Assembly (NCBI GenBank): GCA_000934665.2
Contig: JYFJ02002443.1
Location: 1 to 56,936, forward strand
Direction of reading: 5' to 3'
Length of the DNA: 56,936 nucleotides
Source of the DNA: Catajapyx aquilonaris
Lineage: Eukaryota
Position 1 is the first letter of the stretch. Each line of letters begins with the position of its first letter. A program made the translations under genes and the position numbers. Below, one piece after another: positions 24,266 through 39,130 of the stretch. The notes below the pieces were generated by a model, which did no database searches, was not told the DNA's origin, and worked only from the letters and a program-made list of their open reading frames with translations.

Positions 24266-25501
24266 ATTCGCAAAGTCTTTATTGGCGAGGTGGATGGTGG
24301 GGGGTGGGGTGCCCCAATGCCCATGCCCACAATATTTTAAAGCGAAGTACACACATTGAAGATGGTGTTTATGCCCTACTGGCTCTTACAAAATAAACTT
24401 TAAAGGCAGGTGTGTTTATTAAAGTGCCTCATTATACGGATGCGGAAGCTGTATTTTGATCACATAACATGATAAGGAGCTGGATTATTAGCATAATTAT
24501 GTTTTTTTTTTTTGCGTCGTGCTTAGAAGGACAGTACAGCAGAACGTCGGATTGTGATGTGTTGTGCAGGCTTACCCGGAATTAATCGCAGTAACCAACC
24601 TAAATGAAATAAGTGGTGGGGGCTTGTTTTGAATTTATCAACATGCAACTGAATATGCTGTGTTCAGTGCATGGTACGTACGAAAAAAAAAAGTGTTTTC
24701 ACTGATTGTATATAGTTACTTTATGACCTGTTGCATAATCTTCAATAAAAAGTCGTTGCTGTAAATTTTTTTGTCACGGTGGGTAATCATAAAAATACAC
24801 GAATTACACCTCTGACAACCTCTCTCCTTTCACTTTTACTTGGTGCGCAATTATATTCAGACCGTGACTAACAGCGGGTAAAAGTATAGGATTTATTTCT
24901 GTGTATCATAATATTTTGGTAAGTGTAAATGTTGAGTATTTTTCAGGTACTGTAACATACCAAAGTGACCGATGCACTCGAGTGCTTGCAAAGTGCAATA
25001 CGTAGTTACAAGAACGACAGTCACGAACATTTAAATTTTTATTAATACACAACCGCGCGTCTATAGCTCATGATTATTATTCGCGTGCTGTTGGAACAAG
25101 GTTGGAGCGAATTAGCTAGTGGGAAAGAAGAAGAAGAAAAAAAAGAGAATGCCTTGAGGCCATGTTCAGGTCACGTAGTTACGTATTGCAAAAGGTCTGT
25201 GCAGTATATCATCTGAGGTAGTGCAGATCTTGGCTTCAGTTGGATCCCATCCAAAGGCTCAAGTGATCGCCTTTATTTAAGGACACCTAATAATCAGCAG
25301 GTATGCCATGCCTTGCACAAAGCGTGATATTTTACGTGGGTTCCGGGAAAGCATGATGTATATGCCCCGGCTCTTTTTGGGATTCCTTTCAGTCGAGGTC
25401 AACTGGGTAGTGTGCTGTACACACAATATTCATGGAAGGTGTAGTTGAGGCTGTGTTGTCAGTGGATGAGTGTTTGTTTCTCTTCTTGGTATAGCATCAC
25501 A

Positions 25502-28500
25502 ATGACGGACGAGGAGGAGTCTGGCAACGTCACTTCTGCCAAGGAGGCGGTGGAGAGTGTGAAACTAGAGCATCAGTTTCCTTCGCCATCGGATCCTAAG
25601 TAAGTTAGCTTTCTTTTTTTTTTTCTTCGTGTGCAATGTGCGAAACATTTGCTGCAGTGCAACAACGGACTGTCACATGTCCAGAAGTGAGTGTGTGGTA
25701 TACAAATATTGAGACGAGTGGAGCTGATAAGTGATCACTTATTATTAGACATTTTGAGTATAGTAAGAATAGTTTTGTAAGTACAAATACTGGGGACGAT
25801 TTTCTTCCATTTTAGCCTTAATTGTTATCAAGGAAGTGTGGTAAACTGTATGTACCTTCAAGCGAGCTGTACTTTGCTGCATACGTTGGAAAATATTTGC
25901 GTGATAGTTCGTAATATTTGTGTATAGCATTGGACTGACAGTTGAATTATTTTTTACATTTTCTTTTACCAATTATAATGGAGAATTGGTAAAAAAAATG
26001 TAAAAAAGCTGCCCTAGTTTCTTTTGTTCTGAGAGCGAAAAAATGTACACGCTAATGTGTGCAGGATAACATACAGGATGGTAACTTTTGTGCTCATTAG
26101 AGTTTCAATGGCGTACCAAACAGTCGCAAAATATTGTTGTTGACGAGAGAGTTCAACAACTGCAATTCGCGACACTGACATGTTGTTTTTTTTTAAACTT
26201 CCGTTGGAATTTATCCAGCAGAATGGTGTATCCCCCGACCGGGTTTAAAAATAACACACCGAATGTGCGCCACCCTAAGGACATTTTCTCTCTCTTGCTC
26301 TCTCTCATATTACGTCTGATGCACGTTCCCATGTGCATAACTTGTATGACGCTATACCGGCTTGCGAAGTATCACCACTGGAATTGGACCGGGATCAACT
26401 TTCTGTCTGATTTTTGATTGACAACTGAGGGCGTTGTCGGAGTCAGCTGAAACTGTATTGCACATTTTCATCCAGTGTGTGTGATACTGCATCATCATGT
26501 ACCGAGAAAAGCGCAACCAACAAATCGTGCCTACTAATGTAAAGGTCGCATTTGACCGTTTGCAGGCGGGGTTCTAATATATGTTACTGTTATGTCGATA
26601 TGAATTATTGACGGGCCATTATAAGTCACAGCATAAGCAAAGAGGGAAGGACGTGCTGTCTGGCATGTTTTATTAATAAAATTCAAGGTTACGTTGTTTA
26701 TTTCTTGAAAGGCAGAAAAGGAACCTGTACAATATATGTTGATTTTATACTCTATGTCGGTAAGACAGTCATTACGTAATACTTTGGCCAGGTAGCCATT
26801 AACATAGCAATGCGGAATTTCGTGTTTTGAGATTCTCCGAGTCATAAGCGTAACTGACAACTCAAGGTCTCTCAAACTGGCCTTTACTTAATCTATATGG
26901 TCTTGCTCATTATCATTATTAATTATGCCATATTCATCATTTCCTTGCACAATTTGTGTGATTGATAAGTGTGACGAGTACCTGCATGTGCGGTACAGTA
27001 CGTGCATTCTTGAGACAAAAAATAATAATTTGAAAATTAATTCACTGACAGTAAGGCTTCCGGGAAATTTCCCATTGCGCACAGAAGGGAAGTCCGCCGT
27101 AAAACGATGCTGGGGTTATTTTAACTTGAGTGAGTCTATTCCCGGTACTAATGCCAGAGTGTGATTTATTTTTTACTCAGTGTCAGGAGTAAGGTCATGA
27201 TCTTGAACCTTTTGTGTCTGTCTGAGGCTCAATATTTCAGTCGATGACTCACTCAGCCGAGATGTCTTATTACTGGGGAAATTTGAGGGAATTATTTTCA
27301 ACTTCCTCCTCATACGTGTAAAGTACTTAAAGCAATGCCAGTACTCGCAGAAAATGCATATTCAAACGTCATTACAGCAAAAAAAAAGTGGGACGCGTAA
27401 AGTTTTTGGCGTATGCGAAGATATGACTCACGAACTTCGCACGTAAGTTTTTATTTTCCGAATGGTTTTGATTTTTTAAAAATTGGAAGTGTACAGGGTG
27501 ACCCTGAAGTCTGGACATAATATTGTTGTGTCAACCAACAATACATAATATTATTGCCGATTTATCCAGACTTTAGGGTCGCCCTGTTTACTGTCATAAG
27601 GATTACATTGTCCAGGGATGTGCTTTTAACAAAAATCTATATCCTCATATTGCGTATTCAGGACTAAACGCTTTATCAAAGTATTGTGACCTCTGGTTCT
27701 GTTATCACTTTTTACCTACCTCAATGCCACCTTTTTTTTGTGTGACTTCAACTCACCTGTCGGCCTTCGCATTCTCCACAGGTCGTTCTTTGGCCACACG
27801 AAATCGCCCCCAGAGGCTCCTCCCATGGCTAATCTCTGTCTCGAGCATTTTAAACAGCAAGTCTATATTAGGCCAGAACCAATTGCATCAATTGGGCATG
27901 ACGAAAAGCCATGTTACACAACAGATACAGTTATGTTAACAGCGCGAGAGTGACACTTTTTTTTTTTTTTACAAAATGGGATCGCGCCGGATATGTATTT
28001 TCCCTTTTCAATATTTCTACAACTAGCTTTCCCTTTCCGCTGCTTGGTTTCACTGCAAACACAAAACACACGTGGGGGCGATGCTGGACAAGTTCAGTAT
28101 TCCGTGGAAATGACTCACTGAGCTTTGTTGTCGGCTGGATGGTTTGTTATGGTATATGTAAAAAAGAGAGGCAAGGAGGGTTTAATGAATCAGTTTTGGT
28201 TGGATGATCACGTGTGGGCAAGGGGAAATGGTTCGTGATGGACCCCCTTATACACCTGTCACGCAGGGGTGGCCAACTACTCCTTTTGTACAATGATGTG
28301 TTTTGCAGCCGATGTTTAAAAGGCACGTCGCGAATAATAAAAAAACATCTCCGAGAAAAATGTGAAGGAGGCGTATAATCGCATCCTCAATTTTCGTCAC
28401 TATAACAAGCGAGATACACAGAGAGAGCATTGCACTCGTAATGTACATGTCGAGTGAGGCTTAATTCTGTGATTAGATGATTCCGGCTTAGTCTGGACTT

Positions 28501-31500
28501 TGTAGTGTTTGGTTCCGCAACAATAATTCCTCCGACTGTGGTTTATCTTTGAGGAATTTCGCGATTGCGATCTGCAAAGCGTGCCTGATGTCTTTCCATG
28601 GCTATATCTTTCAAATGAATTGATTTGAGCCTTGAAACTTTATGGTCGAGATGGATGAGGATTTCCGCATGGTGTTCCTGGTTACTTTTTTTTAATATTT
28701 ATATTTTGTTGTGTGTACTGTGTACACAAACAATGACAATTTCCGGCCCAGTCGTTATCCAAACTCTTGTATCACCCATTTGATAAATCCTGTCCGTGTA
28801 TATGTAAACCGGCAGCGCATTAAATAACCAACGTTGTTACGGCATTGTGAATAACACATCCATCGGAAGCATCGGATATGGCGACCCAAATTGGATATTT
28901 AAAAAAAAGTGAAATCGGTCGATCATATGTTTGGACACCCTCTGCCTCTTCTGCCAACCAGAACCGACCGACAGGTAGTTTCCATTGGGGGCCAGAAAAG
29001 CATGGAGAAGGGTCAATAGGGTGCCCCCCCACCAGACGAGTGAGTGACTCATGAGGATCGAACTGTTTGGACGAGTTGGTCATCAGCTGTACAACCTGCT
29101 GGGTTTATCTCTGTCAAATGGATTAAGACAGCCATTCACAGCGCTTCTATATCCTGCTGCTCCAGAGATTCCCTCCAACCAGAGCAGTGTGTGAGTTTTT
29201 TGTTTCAACCTGAAGAATGATGCCCGGGTTGTCAGAGTGCTTCGGGTGTGTGGTGGTGAAGAGACGCTTCTGGCTGAGAATGTCCTCCTCTCAGGGGTTC
29301 CCCCAGTGGCTTAGGATATCTAGGAACATTTTCCGTCGTAAGAAACTCGGTGGTGGTGTGATTGCAGTAGGAACGGCTGCTCCGGAAGTGGTGGTCAACA
29401 TAACAGAGGTTTCTGGTGAAGAGGACGGTCACGATGCTAAGGAGCAGCAACAAGAGCAGCAGCAGGAAAAACCCAAGAGGATGCTACGATTGGCCAGGTC
29501 ATGGATTTACTACTGGCAGTGGCGTCGGTGAGTTAATTACTGGAATTGTCATAATTATGCCGCGGAATTGACCAGAGTTGTAATTATGCCGGATGATTAC
29601 GTATGTTTGTCAGTATGGCTTTGGAACTTTCTGTACACAACAGTTTGTGCCATTATTACTGATCTGCAATGAGGCTGCATTTTTTAAAATGATGCCTTAC
29701 GAGCTAAGGCGGATGTTTTGAGTGATTTCATACGTTCATGCTTGAGTAGTAGCACCTGTGTGTTAGTTATATGTTCAACCGTGGTGCTTCAAGACAATAT
29801 GGTGTTGTTTCTTTTCAATGCCGTCATGCCCTCTTGACAGGGCCGTGATATCGTATTGCTGCGCACACCACATCCGTTGTTTGTATCCTATACTTGTATG
29901 TACCGAGAGTCGTTGTTCCTTTTTCCTTATTTGCTGGTTAGTCCGATTGCAACTTGATATAAATTTGCACTCTATTAATAATTTTGGTGGCTGTTGGATT
30001 GTACACTGTTTGGAGATGCCCTTCATGAGGTAAGCGTTTTTTGATGGACACCTCTCATTAACCTACCGCAACTCTATTGTAATTGTCCCGCTCGAGGACA
30101 CTGCATAATGTATGAATTTGTGATTATTACGGAGCGTGCTTGTATATTGTGGCAGAAATGGCACAGACCTACATGCAAGCTTTGCTAAAGGGGATCACTA
30201 GAGTATTGTAAGTATGTTTTTTGAAAATTTGACTCAAGCTGTCAGTGTGCAAAACAGTTCTTGTTTTTATAAAAATATTATGTATAAATTCACTGTGCGC
30301 GTAAATGTTATTACAAAGAGAGAAGCCCTTGTTCGACAAGTGTAATGAAAGCAAATACAATGTAACAGAAAAAGATGCCAGTTGAAGCTATTTCAATAAC
30401 AAAAGGTGGCTCTATTATTGTCATTCTATATGCCAATTGTTTCAATGAGCCATTCCTATAATAGGAAATTCAAATGCAATTCACAGCTTGGGTCTAGAAT
30501 ATATTCAATTTGGGTTGATGTTATAGTACAAATTCTTTTGATTTAAAAAAAATAAGCTGCTTAATGCCAAAAATGGCTAGCCATTAAGATTATTTCAAAT
30601 AATGGCCGGTTCGTGTAAAGGTTGCCTCGAATGGAAATGGAAGTGCACTCAAAATATTTTTGTAACTTTCGGAAAACCATTAAAATTTTTTTTTAAACGT
30701 GTCCGATGAAATATGCAACAGTAATAACATTATTGACATTGGTATAAGGATAATGAATTTTTATGTACCAATACATTTTTGATGCCATCGACTTCCTTTG
30801 TTATCACTATTATTCACCCATTACATTTTTAGATCATCCTGTGTTGCAGTAAAAATAGGCGTAGGCTGGTGAGAAGTACCACTTTGACACCGGTGTAGCT
30901 CTACATGGGCATTTGTAGTATTTTGAGCACAGTAAAATCTTCCCACATCCGCTGCGGTATGGTCATGAAGGCCAGATGTAACGCACTTTGACATTCTCCG
31001 ACGGAAACCTGCAGAATCCAAAAATAGATGGGGTCCAGTCATCATCTGATATCGATAATTAATCGATCAGGTTATCCGGAAATAATTCATATTGTGGTTA
31101 AGAAAATTCTACAGTAGGATGCTTTACGGTCTTGGGAGATAACCTATCTATACTGCTTGTTCAATGTAAATCCTGTATATGTAGCAGGTGCTTACAACGT
31201 ACAGTACGTGTAACCAAGAGCTAATAACAGTCATTAGCTCTTGGTGTAACTGAGAAGAAATTGCCATTTTTTGAGATCGTTGTGCACACTCCAAAAATAC
31301 AGTAAAATGTTAGCTATTTTTTCGCCAATGGATATGAACGGTTGAATTTTGCCAATTTTCAGTAGATTTGATTGTTTAGCATCCCAGATCGATTAAATAC
31401 ATCCGAGGCCAAGTGCGTGTCTCCTCATAAAAATGGGCAATGTTAAGGGATTTCCCTCAAATACAAGTTCCCCCACCTTGTTGTAGTTCATGGCGCCTCG

Positions 31501-34500
31501 ATCGCAAATAAAAAACTGACGAGGTCAGGTTTGCATGAGTCAACTCGTATGGCCAATTAGGAACCAGGTGCTTGCGTCGGCTGAAGTTCCGGAGGCAGGG
31601 AATGATGCTGGAAAAAAAAGAATAGCCATGTGACTGCAGTGGAAAGCAGTCTCCAGTGATCCAGCTTTGCATTTATTTGGTACTTGTACCCTGTGATATA
31701 AAAGTGGGACCAAAAAATGGGTATTCAGAAGAGGACTGCAGCTGTGTCTAGGAATCTGAGATGGAAGTTCAGGGAGAAGATTCCTATGGGGAGGACCATT
31801 AGGGGAATGTTGTGGGATCTGATCAGAATGGGGACTATTCCTAGAGAGGGGTAAGTTGCATGGTTCAACGGCGGGGAAGGGTGGGGTGCAAATTTGGGGG
31901 CCAGATTGTTTCATTGTTCTTTGTCGGCCCGGAGAGAATTGGACACCAAAGCGTGGTTTTTGATGGATCCAAGGCCGAAGAAGAAGGCGTGCATTGCATG
32001 GCCGGCTTTTTCAAGGCTGTGCTCCTCGAACTGTGCCCTCCGGAAAACTGGAAAAAATAATTGTCTACATATTATCCGTTTTTTTTTTTGAGGATGCTAT
32101 TTTTACAGAGATGGACCATGAGAAAATGATATATGTTAAAAGGCGTGGACGTCGCGAAACTTTCGGTGTGTTCGTGTATGTGAAGCAAGTTTTTCCGTTA
32201 TGTTGACGACGGAAACTCCGTTATGAGTAGGTGATGCGTGATAAGGATTATCACATCCTAATTATTGATTTGACATGCAAAGAGGATGGTGTTGACGCAA
32301 AACCTTAATAGGTGAATCACATGACTAGTCCACCTACGCGCTTCTACAAAAATTCCCCGGTGTCTCCTGACCTACCTGTTGGTTGATTTTTACCGTGCAC
32401 TTACTGTAAATGAGTTGTCAGGTGACCATCGATGAAGCGTAAGTGACTTTGTCTCGCTGGAGCAATTATGTGGTTTGTTATTTCTCAGAAAGCATTCCTT
32501 GTACAGTACAAACATTAGAATCAAAAAAAAATTTGCACAGTTTTTTTCTTCTTCTCAAAAACAATAGTGGTAACGTAATGTCTTGTTCTTACCCGAATGT
32601 GCATTACGAAAGCATCTCCTGGAATATGTGATAATTGGACGTGATTCACACAGAGTGTGCCTCTGTGCTGCTAGTACATACTCCACAGTATATGGTCATG
32701 GCTGTCTGCATATAACCGGACGTAACAATGATTTAACAAGGGAGTCAATTTGGCCACTTCACATACGTTGTGTCTGAACCAACTACGTTTTTGATCCTCA
32801 GTTACATCCATGAGTACGACGATACCTTCTTTGAACGGTTCACGTCCATGTGGCTGCCGACTGAGAAGGATGACTTCACCACCTTCGAACCTGCACCACC
32901 GATGCCACTAGAAGAAGCAGAGGAGGCTGACACCCACGAGGAGATGCTGTGGCCCAGTCTTGTCGAATTCCAGGCAAGTACTGATTATGCAGATGATGAC
33001 TAACTGTCCCACGACTGTCAACTCTCCCTCCCCAAATTGACATTTCCCATGAGCTTCTCTCTCTCTGACTAAGTCACACGGCCAGATTTTGCAGTCGGAC
33101 TGTTGCCACCTGTAGGACCTTAGTGAAAATGGCTTGCTGGGCCAAGTGTGCAGCGCTAGTACCTTCAATATAAATAGATTTTGGCACATACGACTTTTTC
33201 TTGCTCTAAAGTGCGATCGGGTTTGTTGGATCGGACTGTTTCCTCTCAGGAGATGAATGTGCTCTGTCGATTTCCGAGTTGACGAAGTGTGAAGTGCGGT
33301 TCTTGTTTCTTTTCCAATGCGGATTATGGGGGACAGGAAGCAAGTGCCTGATAGGCCTCCTAGGAGAGCCAGCAGTGTGATGAAGAAGTGTAATATCTCG
33401 CGGAGTATGTGCACCTTGAAGAGAAAAGTGACCGTAAGTGTCTGTAATGTGCAAAGACTTGCCCTTGAAAAGCAATTGCGCCACCCCGAATTATTAACAG
33501 CCTAATGACACGAAGTGCGGATGACATTTGCGTGTAATTACGATTTGAAGCGATCAAAAAAAATTATGCTGTGCCGCTTGATAAATTCTTAATTACTAAA
33601 AGTATGTTTGTTATCAGTGGAACTTGGCGTCGTCGCATGTACAGTATAGAGAAGTGCGGTCTAAACACATCCTCGAGGTCACTTTCCTGCTGAGTTGGTC
33701 AACCTTGCATCGCCTGGCCAAGGATTATCTAACTCGAGTTAATTTAAGTTAGTGTTCAAGGAAATCGGGATTATTTACAGTGGCATAATTAAATTCGTGG
33801 TAATTCCGTGAAGATAATTACACCTTTTTCCTGTCTGATTATACTAAGGAAGCATTTGATTACATGGCGGATGTGCACTTATTAACGGTGCGATTACAAA
33901 CTATGTATAAATCATCGTGTGACAGAAATAAGTAATTTATATAAACAAATAGAGATGTGAGGGTATATACGATGATGACTCCTTTTAGCAGACTACAGTT
34001 GACAATAACTGTAGCGTGCAAGTGTGGTGACTAAGTATTTGCATCCATGCATGTGTTGATTTTAATGGAACGTACCATGCAAGTTGTATAAGCAATTACA
34101 ATATGTATAACAGCAAGGTGTAATGTATAATTCAACGATTGCAATACACGTATGTTATATCTCGCCTCTCTTTTGTCATTTTCAGCTGGATGATCTGTAC
34201 TCTGAGGTGCTGTACACACTTTTGCATATGATAGGCTGCGACGTGACTGATGGAAAGGACCAGGAGGACCTCATATCGTACCTGCAGGAGGTGTTTAACG
34301 TGGACAGAGAGAAGCACGAGCTGTTGTTCCAAGGGGCTCAGTGCAAGGAGGTATATGTTTGGTCTACCCTTTGCACAGCATATGCGCAGAAACTAAGAAT
34401 AAGTCCGTGTAGGGAGAATTTCCGGTTCTATTTTTTGTGCCACCACATAATTTAGGGGGTAGGGGGTTTAAATATAGGATGGGTGAGATGTACTGTGGCA

Positions 34501-37500
34501 CACTTGGAATCTTGTCGGGTTTACGTTTTGTGATAGAAAAATATAGTGAGTGCAGGTGGGGTTAATTAGGCGCTCGTTATTTTTGGGATTGGGCCAATGC
34601 AGTTGGGCAGAGGTTGTGCTATTTTGCAAGGGCACATGTGTAGGGCAATACTGATCTTGTTAACAAGGTAATGAAGTGTTGATGGACTTTGCTTACGAAT
34701 TAATTATTGTCACACAGGCTCCACAGCTGGTGCTCAATATGGAGGTGACAGAAGCGAAGAATCTGAAAGGGAAAGATGTTAATGGTAAGCGTAATTTATG
34801 GATCACTATTTTCTTTGATTAATTTGTTAATAATTTTTTTGTGTGAAAACAGACTCAAGCGATCCTTTCTGCAACATGTTCATGTCCAGTAATACTCATC
34901 ATAAGCAAAATACATCAATGAAACCAAACACGCTGTCACCCATCTGGAAGGAGTACTTTTCCTTGTATGTCGCCATCACATTAGTTATCTCCTACATCAA
35001 TTGCGATTGTAATGCGTTGCGTCTAATTCCAGCCAAGTAATGAGTCTCCAAGAGGATGTCCTCAGCATTGAGGTTTTGTAAGTACTGGTGTTTTTTTTTT
35101 TTTTTTTTTAAAAGGAGTTGCAAAATTGCATGTAATGATTTTCAGAGATTATGATCCTGAAGAGACTGCAGTGGAGAAGATGAAACGGATTGGTGAAGTG
35201 AAGTCCACCAGAGGCCTCAAAAAACTGGTGAAGGAGATTGCCTTACTCGCATCAACCAAGAAGCAAACACATGATTTTTTAGGGGTTGTCACAGTGCCTA
35301 TGAAGGTGAGCCCTTTTTTTAACCTTTACAAACTGTAGTCAGTGAAACAGTGGAAATTCTTGATTAGATGTTACTGTGACAAAACACCCTTCGATTGCAG
35401 TCAATACCTGCCACGGGCATGGAGAAGTGGTTCCCGCTGCAAGGTCGTGCCAACAACAAAGCCTGCAAAAGGGGTGAAATAAAACTGAAGTTGCATCTTG
35501 GTTCCAAGAAGAACAAGGACGTGGCGATGCAAGAGTACAGGCAACTTCTGCAGCTCTTGTTGATCCATGAGCTCGACTGCTCCAAAGTCGAACCTTACCA
35601 GTGGAACGGCCAGTTGCCTCTCAGTGCCAGGAAGATCCTCTCGCAACATGCAAGTCAGGGGAGCTTAGGCGACACTGACATCATCTTGGCTCAATGGATG
35701 GTGTACAGTCAAGTACACTCGGACCATCCCCTCAGCTACAAACTGTTTCCGCTTTTGTTGGAGAAGTTGCAGAAGGCTATCGAGGAAGGACGGCTCACCG
35801 AAGAGGAGGTTTGTTTACCGGATTGTTCTCATGAACCGTTTTTTAAAGTTCCAATGTTGCAGGAAAGGCGATTTTGGATTGCAGCGGAAAAGCTGACTGA
35901 TAAGACTGTGTTTTTTATAAAACGAATTCATCACCAAAGCCCAACTAACACAAGCTCCGTGTGCATCCAGTTGTACCAGGCGTTAAAGTAAGTCTGTAAT
36001 GTCAGGTGTGAGTGCTCAATGCTCAGTAATTTTTTTAACAAATTTTTTTACAGTACCATGGCCACATTGATCTCATATCTCCCAACCGAAGGATCTGATC
36101 CTCCATCAAACGGCTCAATCTCATGGAAAGTGAGCCCGACAGTGTGTAATATCCAGCAGAAAATTCAGGATGCAGTCAAGGAAGGAGCTGACGAGTTGTA
36201 CGTTTAATTCGTTCATGCCGATTGTCATTACAAGGATTTAATGCTAATTCAATTAAATGTCGCTTACAGTTTATACAGTATTTTTGAGAAGAATCCACTG
36301 CCATCTGAACTTGGCAAGCACAAGCTGGACCAGCTGCTCAACATTTTGAGGCTGGTGATTGCTGATCTCTGCCGAGCTAAAGAGTCATATCACAGCATTT
36401 TTAAAGAGTAAGCGCATCCCGACTTGCTTTCATAACAGTTATCAGATTTGTAGCATGATAATTTAATTTGCAGGTTAGTAGGCGTGAACTTCGTTTCCAT
36501 AACTTGCACTGTGTACGACAGCCAAATAACCCCGTTAGCCAAACCCCTAGTGCTGGACGTATGTGATAAGCTGAAGCCTCTCTCCTTCAACGAGAACAAT
36601 TTGGCAGACAACCTCTCGGGCAACTCTCATCTTCAGATGGGCACAAGACTGTTCACTCTGTACCAGAACCTCCAGCAGATAGTGAGGATGTACTCTTCCA
36701 TGGAAGACATGACGGAGCTAGGGATGCAGGACTTTTACGAGTGGTTCAAAAAGGGGGTGGCCATGTGGCTGGAGATTGCCCTTTTCCAGGCCATGAGGAG
36801 GATATTCAAAGCAGTGCACCTGGACAAGCTGGTTCCCATTGATAAGTTTGTTAAGCACAGCTCTTCGGCCGTTGACACTACCACTATTTTCTATCAGGCA
36901 AGTGAATTTGAATCGATACATTATGTATGAATTGTTTCCATCCATCAGTACAGATCGAGTCTTTTACATTGAACATCACGTGCAATTGCAGATTAAGACA
37001 TTTTGGACTGAGCTTTCCTGGCCAGATGCGGAAGGCAGGTACACATTCGCCACAAAGATTCTTGATGTAAGTACCATTTTAATTGAAGTATTGTGTGATA
37101 TTGATTGCATTTGCATCCCATTGAATTTTTGCCCAGTGGGAAGAAATGTAAGTCCCACTCCTTCAATGTGCTTGCTCAGTTTATCATGTCAGTAACGTTT
37201 TCCCCCCGCTCGTAGGATTTGTGCCGATGCTCAGTGTACTACTGCGAAATGATGTGCAAAAGAGTGGAAGGCGTTCATGGGGAAGACAAGTCTGGGAAGT
37301 ATGAAGTTACCAATGAGTTGTGCTTGGTGATCAACAATATGGACTATGTCCAGGCTGCCATACGACCGTTGGCTAACCACCTGGAGCTGGAAGGAATCAT
37401 CGAGACACTAATGGAGAGGGATGGGACAGACGCAGCAGACCAGTGTCGCAGGACGCTAGACGTTGTCATCAGCAATACTCTCGAGAGCATGGAGAACCAG

Positions 37501-38937
37501 ATCCTTCAAGTGCTTGAGACTGTGGGGAAAAAGGTACGATTAATTCAAAATCAAAGCATACATCGTGCATTGACACTGGACTGATTTGCAGATGGCTCCT
37601 GGAATATACAGGTTCTTGCTGGAAGGTGCGGATGTTGGAAATGACGTGGACAAACTCATGAAGTATTTAGATTCAAACCTGGAGAAGCTTCATGCAAGAC
37701 TGAACAAGAAGAACTTTGACCGCGTCTTTGCAATCGTTTGGGAAAATGCCTCTCAAGCTATTTATGACCTGATTGAGAGCAACATTGATGTAAGTTTAAG
37801 AAAAGTGACATGCACTATCGTATGAGGGCTGGATATAAAAATAGTGGCATCACCTTTACGTCCCTCAGAAACGACGCCCACCTTCCTTCTTCAAAAGCAT
37901 CCATGAAGCAGTGGTGGTTCTGGCCAACTATTTCGAGGCTGACCCAACAGATGAATCGCTGGTGAAGATGCAAGAAATGCTGCTCGTCCACGGCATGGAA
38001 ACTTGGGACCTCATCTTGGCTTACCACCAGGAGAGGCAGCAGGAGCAGGAAGCCATCGAAAAATCAGAGCACGGGATGATCGGAGTGAGAGCACAGATTT
38101 GCGATGACCACCTTAGAATCGAGGTCATGAACGCCAGGCAAATAAAGTCAATGGATTCCAACGGTATGTCTCTTACGCAGCGAACACCATATGATCGAAT
38201 TACTACATGAATAAAAATACACAAAATGTTCATAAAAGGTTACTGGGCACCGTAATAAATTTAGCGCTACGTGCATGTAATAATTTAATAGGTACCTAAA
38301 ACGATACATGAATTAATCTAATTGCATATGATACATGACAGTATAAATTGAGAACAGGAATGATCATTTTGATTTTGCAGGCCTTTGCGATCCGTACATA
38401 AAAATCAACTTGGTGCCAGAAGACAGATTTTCTGCAAACAGCCAGAAAATGAAGACAAAAGTGCAAAAAAAGACTCTGTACCCACTGTTTGATGAGATTT
38501 TCTCAATGTAAGTACTGCACTTGCAAAATGTGGGACCCCCAACAATGATTTGTTTATTTTTTGGTATGCAGCCCATTGACACCTGAGGAGCAGAATGTGA
38601 AGGGCAGCCTAATCCTATTCACACTGAAGGATTACGATGTGTTAGGATCCAACCGCTTCATGGCAGAAGCGTACTTGCCGATGGGTACTGTCCCGAAAAC
38701 AGGTCCTACAACCATGATTCGGGATTTAGACCAGGTTATACTGAACCTGTCACGTCCGATACGTCACGGTGAGTGTCTTTAATCATGGGGAAATGCAAAC
38801 TTCAATTAATGTTAATTTTATTGATGAATATTTCAGATTCAGAGATCCTGAAGGCGTTAGAGAGCCGACAGCAATGGGATCGTGTTGCAAGAGACTTTGC
38901 TAAAAAACAACGGCAAAACATGCCTCCAAGACTCTAA
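25502..38937 (+). CDS. BAIAP3: Munc13-4/BAIAP3-like protein, copy A (C2A-MUN-C2B). Candidate alternative first coding exons 25502-25599, 29217/29280-29527, 31786-31850 and 33326-33433; shared exons from 32802/34186 to the stop at 38937
   Basis: FFERFTSM, LYSEVLYTLLHMIG, C2A EAKNLKGKDVNDSSDPFC, EKWFPLQGR, MUN VKHSSSAVDT and FWTELSWPDAE, C2B MNARQIKSMDSNGLCDPYIKI and FTLKDYD. All traced splice phases are consistent. BAIAP3 versus UNC13D orthology is not resolvable here. Confidence 0.9.
27494..27586. mobile_element. Short Tc1/mariner-type MITE remnant
   Basis: TIR CAGGGTGACCCTGAAGTCTGGA / TCCAGACTTTAGGGTCGCCCTG, TA on the left flank. Confidence 0.6.
31215..31243. mobile_element. 29-bp transposon footprint with a 7-bp TSD (P-element-like ends)
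   Basis: GTGTAAC-[CAAGAGCTAAT AACAGTC ATTAGCTCTTG]-GTGTAAC. Confidence 0.7.
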
Positions 38938-39130
38938 TACTGGCCAGTGTAACGGTATTATTATATTCCTTTGTGTATGCTTGAGGTGAAGACATTTTTT
39001 TAAACCTCTTAGACACTCTGTACACAACACAAGCAGCTTTCCATAAAAATGTATACTACATCTTCATGCTTGGTACTCTTACCAAGGTGTAGAGCATAAT
39101 CAAATAAAAAGGACGCATTTTTGTTTTTCT

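Noticed and set aside
25951..26007. AT-rich palindrome in a copy-A intron
   Set aside because: Low complexity, with no TSD or recognisable termini.
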